Positions 23,599-33,554 are shown, counted from the first letter of the stretch. The stretch is DNA of 42,941 nucleotides from Planctomycetales bacterium (GCA_030592655.1 JAUVIQ010000003.1:1-42941), one strand, 5' to 3'. The notes: generated by a model not told the origin, from the letters alone. Program-made: numbers and translations.

Positions 23599-23733
23599 AT
23601 GGGACATAAACGAAGCAACGGAAAACTCGGGTGGCGTAACAAGAAGGCCAATCACGGTATCAAACCTCACAAGGGTCTTGAAAAGAGCCGCTTTAACCGC
23701 CAATTCCGCAAGAAACGCAACCTCCCGGTGTAA
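23599..23733 (+). CDS. Small basic protein, ribosomal protein bL37-like (44 aa, below ORF-track cutoff)
   Basis: Hand translation MGHKRSNGKLGWRNKKANHGIKPHKGLEKSRFNRQFRKKRNLPV. KKANHGxKP matches the bL37 ANHGKRP signature. GGA upstream. Confidence 0.6.
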   Translation: MGHKRSNGKLGWRNKKANHGIKPHKGLEKSRFNRQFRKKRNLPV

Positions 23734-23814
23734 GCAAAAATACCCAGAGATGAGCGATACGTAGTATCCCTTTGGGAAGCGAATCTCCGGGAATGCACAT
23801 CAAACCCAAAGTTC

Positions 23815-23844
23815 TTGACGACTCGGCATCCGGGTATCTACAAT
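23815..23844 (+). promoter_or_regulatory. Putative sigma70 promoter of hicBA
   Basis: TTGACG-N18-TACAAT followed by RBS GAGG. Confidence 0.5.
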
Positions 23845-23860
23845 CATGGTGAGGTAAGTC

Positions 23861-24067
23861 ATGAAATTAATCGTAACTCTTGAGCGCGACGAGAGCGGCA
23901 TGATCGTTGCGGAGTGCCCTTCCATCCCGGGATGTGTTTCTCAGGGTGCTACTGAAGACGAAGCCATTGCCAACGTCCGCGAGGCAATCCTGGCCTGCCT
24001 CGAAACCCGCGCCGCCAACGGTATGCCATTAACTGTGGCGATACGCGAAGTCGAGGTCGTGGTGTAA
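23861..24067 (+). CDS. hicB: HicB-family antitoxin (short form, no DNA-binding domain)
   Basis: AECPSIPGCVSQGATEDEAIANVREAI is the HicB signature. Its stop overlaps the hicA start (TAATG). Confidence 0.9.
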   Translation: MKLIVTLERDESGMIVAECPSIPGCVSQGATEDEAIANVREAILACLETRAANGMPLTVAIREVEVVV

Positions 24068-24288
24068 TGCCCAAATTGCCCGTGGTTTCCGGCGCTGAGG
24101 CTGTAAAGGTTTTCGAACGGGCCGGCTGGCACAAAAACCGCCAACGAGGCAGCCATGTCGTTATGCTCAAGCCGGGCCATATTGCCAGCCTCTCCGTTCC
24201 CCAGCACCGCGAACTTGCTCCCGGCACATTACGCTCGCTCATCAGAGCCTCCGGAATGACAGTCGGGGAATTCATCGACCTCCGGTAA
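24067..24288 (+). CDS. hicA: HicA-family mRNA interferase toxin
   Basis: RQRGSHVVM (catalytic His), VPQHRELAPGTLRSLIR. Confidence 0.9.
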   Translation: MPKLPVVSGAEAVKVFERAGWHKNRQRGSHVVMLKPGHIASLSVPQHRELAPGTLRSLIRASGMTVGEFIDLR

Positions 24289-24353
24289 CAAGGGATGCCA
24301 TAGGTCGCAGTGGCTTGCCGGACTATAAGGTTTTCATTGTCGTGACGAAGAAA

Positions 24354-24815
24354 ATGAAACCGATTCGAAGCGCACCTAAGGCGATTATTGTTGAGGATGG
24401 GCGTCTGCTGGCGTTGAAGATGCAGGACGCCGAGGGCGTCTGGTACATGCTTCCCGGCGGCGGCCAGCAGGTGGGCGAAACGCTCGACGAGGCGCTGAAA
24501 CGCGAATGCCGCGAAGAACTGGGCGTCGATGTCGAAGTAGGCAAATTGCGATTCGTCCGCGATTACATCGGTAAAAACCACGAATTCGCCGACGAAGACG
24601 GCGACGCTCACCAGGTTGAGTGCATGTTCGAATGTCGCATTATCGACCCCGCAGGCCTCGGCAACGGCGCCAAGCCGGACCCGGGCCAGGTCGGCGTAGA
24701 ATGGTTGCCGGCTGAAACGTTAGAAGAGTATCGCCTGTATCCCAAGGCCTTGCGCCCGCTGATAAAACGCATGGACACCGAGCCGCTGTCGGTCTATATG
24801 GGTGATGTGAATTGA
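24354..24815 (+). CDS. NUDIX hydrolase
   Basis: Nudix box GGGQQVGETLDEALKRECREELG. ATG at 24354 preferred over the upstream TTG. Confidence 0.9.
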   Translation: MKPIRSAPKAIIVEDGRLLALKMQDAEGVWYMLPGGGQQVGETLDEALKRECREELGVDVEVGKLRFVRDYIGKNHEFADEDGDAHQVECMFECRIIDPAGLGNGAKPDPGQVGVEWLPAETLEEYRLYPKALRPLIKRMDTEPLSVYMGDVN

Positions 24816-24898
24816 GACCCTATCTTCTGCGGTACACGTCGCAATGGTGGGCGATCTTCAAGACCGGCGCGACAATAACGCTACACGAGAAGAGGATA

Positions 24899-25228
24899 TC
24901 AGGATTCCAGGAGTTGGCGGATCGCTTCACGAAGGACGGGCAGATGGTTCTCAATGATGTTCCAGACTTCGTTGAGATCGACGCCCATATAATCGTGGAT
25001 CAGGACATCTCGAAATCCCGCCACGTCACGCCAGACAATCTCAGGCCGCTTTTGCTTCGTGGCTTCGCTGATTCGTTTGGTCGCTTCGCCGATGATCTCG
25101 AAGTTGCGGATGATCGCATCCTGCGCCATTGGATTCTGCATGAACTCATCCCGCCCGCCGGCGCTATAGGCGTCCACCTTCTCGATGGCCTCTGCGATAT
25201 GTGTCAGATATACATGGTCGTCTTTCAC
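24899..25228 (-). CDS. HepT/DUF86 HEPN ribonuclease toxin
   Basis: IIGEA motif and RDVLIHDY (Rx4H-Y). Overlaps the upstream MNT gene (GTGA/ATGA-type coupling). Confidence 0.9.
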   Translation of the reverse strand: MKDDHVYLTHIAEAIEKVDAYSAGGRDEFMQNPMAQDAIIRNFEIIGEATKRISEATKQKRPEIVWRDVAGFRDVLIHDYMGVDLNEVWNIIENHLPVLREAIRQLLES

Positions 25229-25749
25229 AGGGGCGCCACCTCCCGGAGAATACGGTCCCGAAGGGTATGATGCAGTGCATTCTCGTTAACGACGTCAACC
25301 TTGCGTCCCAGCAGGTCTTCCAGGTCATGGATCATCCCGATGCGGTCCAGCAGGGAGCGGTCCTGCTCCATTCGCACCAGAAGGTCCAGGTCGCTTTGCT
25401 CCGTCGCATCGCCGCGTACGAACGAGCCAAAGACGCGAACATCCCGTGCGCCGTGCCGCGCGGCAATGTGGAGAATCGCGTCGCGCTTCTTGCGAATGCC
25501 GTCCAGCGAGACCATAACCTGTTCCTTTTTCAGAGGGATATTCCGCCCTCGTTCCTTGCGGGCCTTGCGGGCGTCGGCGAGGTCAATCTCATCTTCCAGA
25601 CGCTGGAGGGCCTCCAAGTCGTCCACCGGCACAACGGCAAAGGCCGGTTTGCCGTTCCGGCTGACAACAACCCGCTCGCCGCGATGCTGAACCCTGCCGG
25701 TAATATCCGACAACTCCCTGCGAAATTCCCGTAGTGCGCACGAATCCAT
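25225..25749 (-). CDS. Phd/YefM-like antitoxin fused in frame to an MNT (MntA-like) nucleotidyltransferase
   Basis: aa 1-75: EFRRELSDI...GERVVVSRNGKPAFAVVP (Phd/YefM). aa 79-174: VFGSFVRG...SDLDLLV (GSx10DxD). Possible internal ATG at 25515 with AAGGA upstream. Confidence 0.75.
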   Translation of the reverse strand: MDSCALREFRRELSDITGRVQHRGERVVVSRNGKPAFAVVPVDDLEALQRLEDEIDLADARKARKERGRNIPLKKEQVMVSLDGIRKKRDAILHIAARHGARDVRVFGSFVRGDATEQSDLDLLVRMEQDRSLLDRIGMIHDLEDLLGRKVDVVNENALHHTLRDRILREVAPL

Positions 25750-25885
25750 TATTCAATCCCCTGTTCCCGGTCAACAAAAGTTCAACTGTTTTCACTGTTT
25801 AATAAGTTACAACAGTTTATCGGACATGTCAAGTGAAAAATTCGTTAAAAAAGAATGGTGCGGGGCATAAAAATCCTGAAATGAT

Positions 25886-27190
25886 TCACATCTTTTCCAT
25901 CGCATCCTTCACTTCGCGTGAGAGTCTTACCGCGCACCAGCGTTTCCCGCACATTGCGCAGTAGTCTTCGTCCGCGGGTAAGTCTCTGTGGTGTATGTCC
26001 TTTGCGGCCTCGCCGTCAAACGCCAGTTCAAACTGTTTCGCCCAGTCGAGTTCTGCCCGCGCGTCGGAGATGGCGTCGTCGCGGTCCCGCGCGCCGGCTC
26101 TGCCGTGGGCAATATCGGCGGCGTGTGCGGCTATCCTGTAAGCGATGCAGCCGGTGCGGACGTCCTCCGGCGTCGGGAGCGTAAGATGTTCTGCCGGCGT
26201 TACATAGCACAAAAACGACGCGCCGTAATAAGCCGCCATAGTTGCGCCTATCGCAGAAGTAATGTGATCGTAGCCGGGGAAAATGTCGGTAACTATGGGG
26301 CCTAGAACGTAGAACGGCGCGCCGTCGCAGAGTTGCTCCTGGCGCTTCATGTTCATTTCTATCTGGTCGAGCGGAATGTGTCCGGGTCCTTCGACCATGC
26401 ACTGCACGCCGGACGCCCGCGCCCGGGCCACCAGTTCGCCAAGCGTCGCCAGTTCGGCGAATTGGGCGTCGTCCGAAGCATCGGCAAGGCAGCCGGGACG
26501 CAGGCCGTCGCCCAGTGAATACGTTACGTCATACTCGCGGCAGATGGCGGAAATTTCGTCGAACATCTCGTAGAGCGGGTTCTGACGGTTGTGGTGCAAC
26601 ATCCACTTTCCCAGCAGACTCCCGCCGCGAGAAACGATGCCCATCTTCCGAGGCTTGACCAAATCCAGATGCTCACGCAGCAGGCCGGCGTGGATCGTAA
26701 AGAAATCGACGCCCTGGGAAGCCTGTTTTTCAATCGTCGCCAGCATCTGCTCATACGTCAGGTCTTCGATGTCTCTTCCGGCGATCATCGAATATATCGG
26801 GACCGTACCGATCGGGACGGCGGCATTGGAGATCAGATGCGTGCGGATTTCGTCCAGGTCCCCGCCGGTGGAGAGGTCCATGACGGCGTCGGCTCCGTAT
26901 CGGACAGCCCACTGCAACTTCGTCAATTCCAACTCCTGGCAGGAACTGTCAGGCGAGGCTCCAATATTGGCGTTAATCTTAACGGTCGCCGCCCTGCCGA
27001 TACCGATCGGGTCGAGTTTGACGCCCGTTTCGGCGTTACCTGTAAGATGCAGTCGATTGGCGGGGATAACAAGTCGGCCTGCGGCGACCTCGGCGCGGAC
27101 TTCTTCGGCATCAAGCCGCTCGCGCCGGGCGACTCGTTCGATTTCCGGCGTGATTTTACCGGCAACAGCCTGTTGGTATTGCGTTGTCAT
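25886..27190 (-). CDS. thiC: Phosphomethylpyrimidine synthase ThiC
   Basis: [39 protein letters not shown] and C-terminal CAMCGKRWC Fe-S motif. TPP riboswitch upstream. Confidence 0.97.
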   Translation of the reverse strand: MTTQYQQAVAGKITPEIERVARRERLDAEEVRAEVAAGRLVIPANRLHLTGNAETGVKLDPIGIGRAATVKINANIGASPDSSCQELELTKLQWAVRYGADAVMDLSTGGDLDEIRTHLISNAAVPIGTVPIYSMIAGRDIEDLTYEQMLATIEKQASQGVDFFTIHAGLLREHLDLVKPRKMGIVSRGGSLLGKWMLHHNRQNPLYEMFDEISAICREYDVTYSLGDGLRPGCLADASDDAQFAELATLGELVARARASGVQCMVEGPGHIPLDQIEMNMKRQEQLCDGAPFYVLGPIVTDIFPGYDHITSAIGATMAAYYGASFLCYVTPAEHLTLPTPEDVRTGCIAYRIAAHAADIAHGRAGARDRDDAISDARAELDWAKQFELAFDGEAAKDIHHRDLPADEDYCAMCGKRWCAVRLSREVKDAMEKM

Positions 27191-27220
27191 TTTGGGACTC
27201 TATTCTCTTTCCGGCGGCGC

Positions 27221-27253
27221 AAAAGTAAAGCCGCTTCAGGTCGATGAAGCGGC
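27221..27253 (-). terminator. Riboswitch expression-platform terminator
   Basis: Minus strand GCCGCTTCA-TCGACC-TGAAGCGGC followed by TTTACTTTT, located between the aptamer and the thiC start. Confidence 0.7.
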
Positions 27254-27289
27254 CGGTGAGTATCCTGCTTTACTTAAACACGCGCCGAC

Positions 27290-27382
27290 TCGCTTCCCTA
27301 CGCAGTTCACGCTCGCCTGGGCGGGCATTTACCGGTCAGGTTCAAAGGGTCATTCTCAGTCCGTAAGGACGCCCCTAGCAAA
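27290..27382 (-). promoter_or_regulatory. TPP riboswitch (THI element)
   Basis: Minus strand GCTAGGGG...CTGAGAATGACCCTTTGAACCTGA...GCGTAGGGAAGC carries the conserved TPP motifs, directly upstream of thiC. Confidence 0.92.
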
Positions 27383-27409
27383 CCTCATTTTTATAAACAA
27401 CAACAAATC

Positions 27410-27521
27410 TCACCGCAGAGATCGCAGAGAACGCAGAGAACAAATAAAAAAACTTTTTTGTTTCTTTTCTCTGCGGTCTCTGCGTGCTCCCCTTGGGACG
27501 GCGAACAGCCGCCTGCGGTGA
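27410..27521. repeat. CGCAGAG 9-mer hairpin element with a 24-bp insertion in the right arm
   Basis: TCACCGCAGAGATCGCAGAGAACGCAGAGAA ... TTCTCTGCGGTCTCTGCGTGCT[24 bp]CTGCGGTGA. Confidence 0.8.
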
Positions 27522-27546
27522 AATTCTTCTTTTGTATACTCTTACT

Positions 27547-28789
<1,243 letters not shown>

Positions 28790-28793
<4 letters not shown>

Positions 28794-29125
28794 TTACTCC
28801 CGTGTATTTTGTCCAGTTGTCGCTTGAGTTGTTTGATTATCTTCAACTCGGACTGATTGAAATCCGCTCGTTGCCTCTTACCCAATGCCGAAAGAAGGTA
28901 AGTTACACCGGCATCGGGATAATCCGCAAAAAGAACACGAACGCCGCCTCGCTTACCACGACCGGCAGCGCCACAGCGTATCTTTTTTATCCCTCCGCTA
29001 CCCGGCACTATCGCTCCGTAACCTTGCATTACCTGTTTTTCCATCTCACGAACTTGTTCATCCGATACGCCATTGGCCTCAAACACCTGCCTGACCTGAC
29101 CGCTCTCGACGAATTCACGCTTCAT
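28790..29125 (-). CDS. RelE/HigB-family toxin
   Basis: G.IVPGSGGIKKIR...GRGKRGGVRV motif typical of HigB-2-like toxins; toxin-first gene order. Confidence 0.85.
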
Positions 29126-29136
29126 TGTCCAATTCC

Positions 29137-29161
29137 CGCTATACTAATTATTAGTATAGCG
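29137..29161. promoter_or_regulatory. Putative autoregulatory operator of the higBA-like operon
   Basis: Perfect 12-bp-arm palindrome CGCTATACTAAT-T-ATTAGTATAGCG containing a TATACT -10-like box, 11 nt upstream of the toxin ATG. Confidence 0.65.
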
Positions 29162-29404
29162 CACATTCAGGGCACAAGCAAGTAGTAATATAAAAAGTCT
29201 GGAAAATATCCCCGTCATACCGCCGGTTGGAATAGTCGGTCCTGACCGGCGTTTTTGTTATCCGAGTTTCGTCGCGACATTTCAACGGTTTTGTCGATTG
29301 AGGCGTTGACGCCGACAATTAAATCGCTTACAGTCAGCCCGCTGTAAGGGGTCATGTGAATCCCTTTGTAAATTGGTGAAGATAGAACTGGAACTGATAT
29401 TCAA

Positions 29405-30847
29405 ATGACTGAAGAAACCAAAAACGCACCGGAACAGGATACGCCCACAGACGACAGCGTCGCTGTGGACAATAACACCGAAGCCGTCGAGTCCGAAGAG
29501 GCCAAACTGCCCGATAACACGGTAACGACCGAAGACGTCGGAACACTGAAGAAGAAGGTTACCATCCAGGTTCCGCGGAAGACAATCGACGCGAAATTCG
29601 ACGAGATGTTCGGCGAACTCAACAGAACGGCCCAGGTACCGGGCTTCCGCATCGGGCACGCCCCGCGACGACTCATCGAAAAACGCTTCGGTAAAGACGT
29701 AGCCGACGACGTCCGAAACGCCATCGTCGGCGAGGCCGTCGGCGACGCGCTGGAAAATGCCGATTTCAAAACCATCGGCGAACCGGAAATCAAACTCGAC
29801 GAGATAAAACTTCCCGAAAAAGACGATATGACCTTCGACTTCGAAGTGGAAGTCGTGCCGGAATTCGACCTGCCGGAATACAAAGGAATCGAAATCAAAC
29901 GCCCCGCCATCGAAATTACCGATGAGCACGTCGAAAAATTCCTGACCAATTACCAGCAGCGATATGGGCGGCTTAAACCAACCGATACGCCCGCTGAAAA
30001 CGGCGACCTGATTATCGCCGACGTGAAAGTTACCGGCGATGGTATCGACCAGGACCTCCCTGACGCTGAACTACGCGTAGCCCCCGCCCAGATCGAAGGC
30101 ATCATCGTCGAAGACCTCGCCAAGGCGCTCGCCGGTAAAAAGATCGGCGACTCCCCGTCCGTGAAGACCACCGTCCCAGCCGCACATCCGAACGAGGACT
30201 GGCGCGAAAAGGAAGTTACCATCACGTTCGACATCAAAGAAATCAAGCGTCTGGAACTTCCGGAACTGAACGAGGAATTCGCCAAACAGGAAGGGTTCAA
30301 CTCATTGGATGAAATGCGCGAGGCATTCCGCGAGAGATTCCAGGCCCGTGCCCCGTTCGAGCAGCAGCGGGCGATGCAGGATCAGGTTCGAGGCTTCCTG
30401 ATGGAAAACGCCAGTTTCGACCTGCCCGAAGGACTCTCGCAACGTTACGCCAACCAACTGCTGACGAGGCGGTCCGTGGAGTTGATGAACTCCGGCGTAC
30501 CGAAGGACCAAATCGCCCAAAACCTCCAGGAACTCCAGGCCGCCGCTACTGAACAGGCTACCGGTGAACTGAAACTCTCGTTCATTCTGGGAAAACTGGC
30601 TGAAGCCGAGGAAATCGAGGTGGACGAAGGCGAAATCAACGCCCGAGTCGCCCAGGTCGCCGCACAGTATGGCCGACGACCCGAACGCCTCCGACACGAA
30701 ATGGAAAGCGAAGGGAAACTCGACCATCTCGTTACCGCGATAATAGAAGAAAAGGCCATCGCGAAGGTGCTGGAACAAGCCAATATCGTCGATACCGAAC
30801 CGGAAAAAGATAAAGAGAAAACCGACAAGGACAAGAAAAAGAAATAG
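29405..30847 (+). CDS. tig: Trigger factor
   Basis: VPGFRIGHAP ribosome-binding signature; FEVEVVPEF; followed by clpP genes. Confidence 0.93.
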   Translation: MTEETKNAPEQDTPTDDSVAVDNNTEAVESEEAKLPDNTVTTEDVGTLKKKVTIQVPRKTIDAKFDEMFGELNRTAQVPGFRIGHAPRRLIEKRFGKDVADDVRNAIVGEAVGDALENADFKTIGEPEIKLDEIKLPEKDDMTFDFEVEVVPEFDLPEYKGIEIKRPAIEITDEHVEKFLTNYQQRYGRLKPTDTPAENGDLIIADVKVTGDGIDQDLPDAELRVAPAQIEGIIVEDLAKALAGKKIGDSPSVKTTVPAAHPNEDWREKEVTITFDIKEIKRLELPELNEEFAKQEGFNSLDEMREAFRERFQARAPFEQQRAMQDQVRGFLMENASFDLPEGLSQRYANQLLTRRSVELMNSGVPKDQIAQNLQELQAAATEQATGELKLSFILGKLAEAEEIEVDEGEINARVAQVAAQYGRRPERLRHEMESEGKLDHLVTAIIEEKAIAKVLEQANIVDTEPEKDKEKTDKDKKKK

Positions 30848-30848
30848 A

Positions 30849-30945
30849 TAGCAGGATTACAGGGATTTTCTTTTATTTTTGTCCTGTAATCTTAAAATCC
30901 CTACTTGCCACGCCGTAGCTTTGGCGAAGGCGGGTAATCCCGCTA
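30849..30945. repeat. TAGCAGGATTACAGGGATTTT hairpin element with a ~31-bp insertion in the right arm
   Basis: The right arm reads AAAATCCCT[30903-30933]GTAATCCCGCTA; the expected uninterrupted arm is AAAATCCCTGTAATCCTGCTA. Confidence 0.7.
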
Positions 30946-30976
30946 TTCTTCTTCAGAATCAGAGGAATCAAAGAAC

Positions 30977-31567
30977 ATGGCATACACCGAATACGCCCGC
31001 CAGCGTGAGATGACGCTGGAAGAGCGTCTCGCCGAAGAGCGAATCGTCTTTCTCTGGGGTGAGATATCCCCGCCCGTCGCAGGCGCGCTGATAATGAGGC
31101 TGCTGGAACTGCACTCGAAGGCACAGAACCGCGACATCCACCTGTACATCAATTCGCCCGGTGGGTCCGTCGATGATACGCTGGCGATCTACGATACGAT
31201 GCAATTCCTCGAATGCGACGTAGCCACATACTGCGTCGGTCAGGCAGCCAGCGGCGCAGCCATCATTCTCGCATCAGGCACAAAAGGGAAACGCTTCGCC
31301 CTTCCCCACTCGAAGATAATGATCCACCAGCCATGGGGCGGCGTTACAGGACAGGCGTCCGACATACAGATTCAGGCGGAGGAAATCCTCAAGGCCAAGC
31401 GGATGCTCAATGAAATCCTGGCCCAACACACCGAAAAAACCGTTGAGCAGATCGAAAGCGAAACCGAACGCGACCGATACCTCACGCCAACGGAAGCAAA
31501 AGATTACGGAATTGTGGACGAGATCGTAACGGCCACCACACAAACCACAAAAAAGAAGAAAAAATAA
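30977..31567 (+). CDS. clpP: ATP-dependent Clp protease proteolytic subunit (copy 1)
   Basis: LYINSPGG, GQAASG (catalytic Ser), MIHQP, RDRY. Confidence 0.95.
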   Translation: MAYTEYARQREMTLEERLAEERIVFLWGEISPPVAGALIMRLLELHSKAQNRDIHLYINSPGGSVDDTLAIYDTMQFLECDVATYCVGQAASGAAIILASGTKGKRFALPHSKIMIHQPWGGVTGQASDIQIQAEEILKAKRMLNEILAQHTEKTVEQIESETERDRYLTPTEAKDYGIVDEIVTATTQTTKKKKK

Positions 31568-31579
31568 TCAGGTGTAACG

Positions 31580-32206
31580 ATGGAAAACCAACATCTCGTA
31601 CCGATTGTAGTTGAAAAGACAGGCAGGGGAGAGCGGAGTTACGATATCTACTCCCGTCTGCTGCGGGACCGTATCGTATTCATCGGCGGGCAGATTGACG
31701 ACGACCTCGCCAATCTCGTCGTCGCGCAACTGCTGTTCCTCTCAAACGAGGACCCGAAGTCCGACATCAGCATCTACGTCAACTCGCCCGGCGGGAGCAT
31801 ATCGGCAGGCCTGGCGATTTACGACACCATGCAGTTCGTCAGATGCGACGTCTCGACCGTCTGCGTAGGAATGGCCGCCTCGATGGGCGCGCTGCTGATG
31901 GCTGCGGGAACCAGCGGGAAACGGGCCATCCTGCCCAACAGCCGAGTCCTTATCCATCAACCACTCATTCGCGGCGTCCTTACAGGACCGGCCACCGAAC
32001 TGGACATCGAGGCACGCGAAATCATCCGGCTGCGAAAACGCCTCTACGAAGTCATGTCCAAGCACACAGAACAACCCGTCGAGCAGATCGAACGCGATTG
32101 CGACCGGAACAAGTGGCTCAACGCCGAAGAGGCGGTCAAATATGGCTGCGCCGACAGAATACTCCAACACATGCCACAAGCGGCATCAGAGAAAAAAGAA
32201 AAATGA
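31580..32206 (+). CDS. clpP: ATP-dependent Clp protease proteolytic subunit (copy 2)
   Basis: [34 protein letters not shown]. Confidence 0.96.
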   Translation: MENQHLVPIVVEKTGRGERSYDIYSRLLRDRIVFIGGQIDDDLANLVVAQLLFLSNEDPKSDISIYVNSPGGSISAGLAIYDTMQFVRCDVSTVCVGMAASMGALLMAAGTSGKRAILPNSRVLIHQPLIRGVLTGPATELDIEAREIIRLRKRLYEVMSKHTEQPVEQIERDCDRNKWLNAEEAVKYGCADRILQHMPQAASEKKEK

Positions 32207-32868
32207 GACGCACGTCTTCCAGGACGAAGTTACCGGCAACGATATGTCTTTGTCTCGTCGGCGCTCTTACCGCAGGCTGTGCTCTACCATCGCAAACCGA
32301 AGACCCCGTTACCCTGCTCCGCCATTCCCGGCGGGAAAACGAGAAACTCAAAACCAGCCTCCATGATATGCAAATGGAACTGCTGGCCCGGCAGAAGCAA
32401 ATCCAGACCCTTCAGGGCCTCGGCGAGAAGCGGCTGGAGTTGCTGTTCTGCGTTACCGATATAAAACTCGGTAAATACACTGCCGGCGTGGACCTCGACG
32501 ATAAGCCGGGCCACGACGGCGTCCGGGTCTATCTGACGCCGATCGACGCCGACGGACACGCAATCAAAGCCGCCGGTGCGGTGAAAATCCAACTGTTCGA
32601 CCTCGCAGCCAAGGCCGGCGAAAACCTCGTATCCGCCTGCGCTTTCCCCGTCGATAAAATCGCCGAGCGATGGTCTGCCGGCTTTATGACATACCACTAC
32701 CGTTTCAATTGCCGCTGGAAAACCCCGCCCAAACACGACGAAATAACCGTCCGCGTCGAATTCACCGACTACCTCACCGGAAAAACCTTCACAACCCAAA
32801 AAGTCTGCAAAGTAAAACTGCCGATTCCGACACCAGCCACTGCTCCAGCCACTCAGCCCGGAGGCTGA
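32203..32868 (+). CDS. Hypothetical lipoprotein with coiled coil
   Basis: Start overlaps the clpP stop (ATGA). LTAGC lipobox. C-terminal domain resembles 36351-36875. Confidence 0.75.
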   Translation: MRRTSSRTKLPATICLCLVGALTAGCALPSQTEDPVTLLRHSRRENEKLKTSLHDMQMELLARQKQIQTLQGLGEKRLELLFCVTDIKLGKYTAGVDLDDKPGHDGVRVYLTPIDADGHAIKAAGAVKIQLFDLAAKAGENLVSACAFPVDKIAERWSAGFMTYHYRFNCRWKTPPKHDEITVRVEFTDYLTGKTFTTQKVCKVKLPIPTPATAPATQPGG

Positions 32869-32871
32869 TCC

Positions 32872-33030
32872 ATGAAGAAGACATTTGACGCAGTTAAGTT
32901 CCAACGCAAAGCTCGCGAGGAGATCAGTGCGCAGTATAATGCCGACCCTAAGGCCTTTTTGGATAAGTTGAAGAAGCAATTCGGCCATCTGCGAAAAGAG
33001 AAGACCAATACCCATACCCGCGCGCTATAA
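32872..33030 (+). CDS. Small hypothetical protein, 52 aa (putative antitoxin-like)
   Basis: Hand translation MKKTFDAVKFQRKAREEISAQYNADPKAFLDKLKKQFGHLRKEKTNTHTRAL; RBS GGAGG. Confidence 0.6.
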   Translation: MKKTFDAVKFQRKAREEISAQYNADPKAFLDKLKKQFGHLRKEKTNTHTRAL

Positions 33031-33045
33031 GGCTATTGCAATTCA

Positions 33046-33297
33046 ATGGGGCATCAAAAGAAAACAATTGCGACTTCAGTGGACATAAAAAGATTCCTGA
33101 ATCTTATACCTGCGGTCAAAGACTCTCCTGATCGCCTCGTGTGGCTGTCTTATGACCTGGAGGCGGACACGCTTTACGTGAACTTTAAAAAGCCGAGTTT
33201 CGCCACCGACAGCGATTTGACCGATGATGATGTAATTGTCCGATACGAAGGAGACGCCATCATCGGCCTGACTATATTGCACGCCAGTAAGAGGTAA
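33046..33297 (+). CDS. DUF2283-family protein
   Basis: YDLEADTLYVNF ... DDVIVRY ... IIGLTIL pattern. Confidence 0.75.
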   Translation: MGHQKKTIATSVDIKRFLNLIPAVKDSPDRLVWLSYDLEADTLYVNFKKPSFATDSDLTDDDVIVRYEGDAIIGLTILHASKR

Positions 33298-33303
33298 GCC
33301 TTG

Positions 33304-33342
33304 CCGTGGCCGCAAACACCGCGACCACGCCACCGGCCACGG
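33304..33342. repeat. ACCGCGACCACGCC-family element in hairpin form
   Basis: CCGTGGCCG-caaacaccgcgaccacgccac-CGGCCACGG; sibling at 42172-42222. Confidence 0.7.
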
Positions 33343-33355
33343 GAGGTGGTAGGTT

Positions 33356-33523
33356 ATGAAGACAAAAACGTTTGATTGCGTTGCCATGAAAAGACGCGGC
33401 GCAGAGAGAATCTACGAGAAGACCAAGGGGATGACGCTTTCTGAACAAGTGGCGTTCTGGAAGGAACGGTCGGACGATCTCAGAAAAGCCCAACGCGAAA
33501 AGACAAAAACGCACAGGAAATAA
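33356..33523 (+). CDS. Small hypothetical protein, 55 aa (putative antitoxin-like)
   Basis: Hand translation MKTKTFDCVAMKRRGAERIYEKTKGMTLSEQVAFWKERSDDLRKAQREKTKTHRK; RBS GGAGG; resembles 32872-33030. Confidence 0.65.
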   Translation: MKTKTFDCVAMKRRGAERIYEKTKGMTLSEQVAFWKERSDDLRKAQREKTKTHRK

Positions 33524-33554
33524 CTCTGTTCCATCCCGCCACCATGATGCCCCG

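Noticed and set aside
23767-23778. ATCCCTTTGGGA, hairpin half of the 15-bp element
   Set aside because: Lacks the CCTG foot and has no reference empty site; not counted as a copy.
29221-29256. CGCCGGTTGG...CTGACCGGCG-TTTTT hairpin upstream of tig
   Set aside because: Imperfect stem with no transcript evidently ending there; cannot be assigned as terminator or ncRNA.
31843-32202. N-terminal extension of the 341-aa ORF overlapping clpP2
   Set aside because: The real start is most likely the ATG at 32203, which gives a lipoprotein signal peptide. Similar over-extended starts were trimmed at 11202, 18270, 37749 and 42923.
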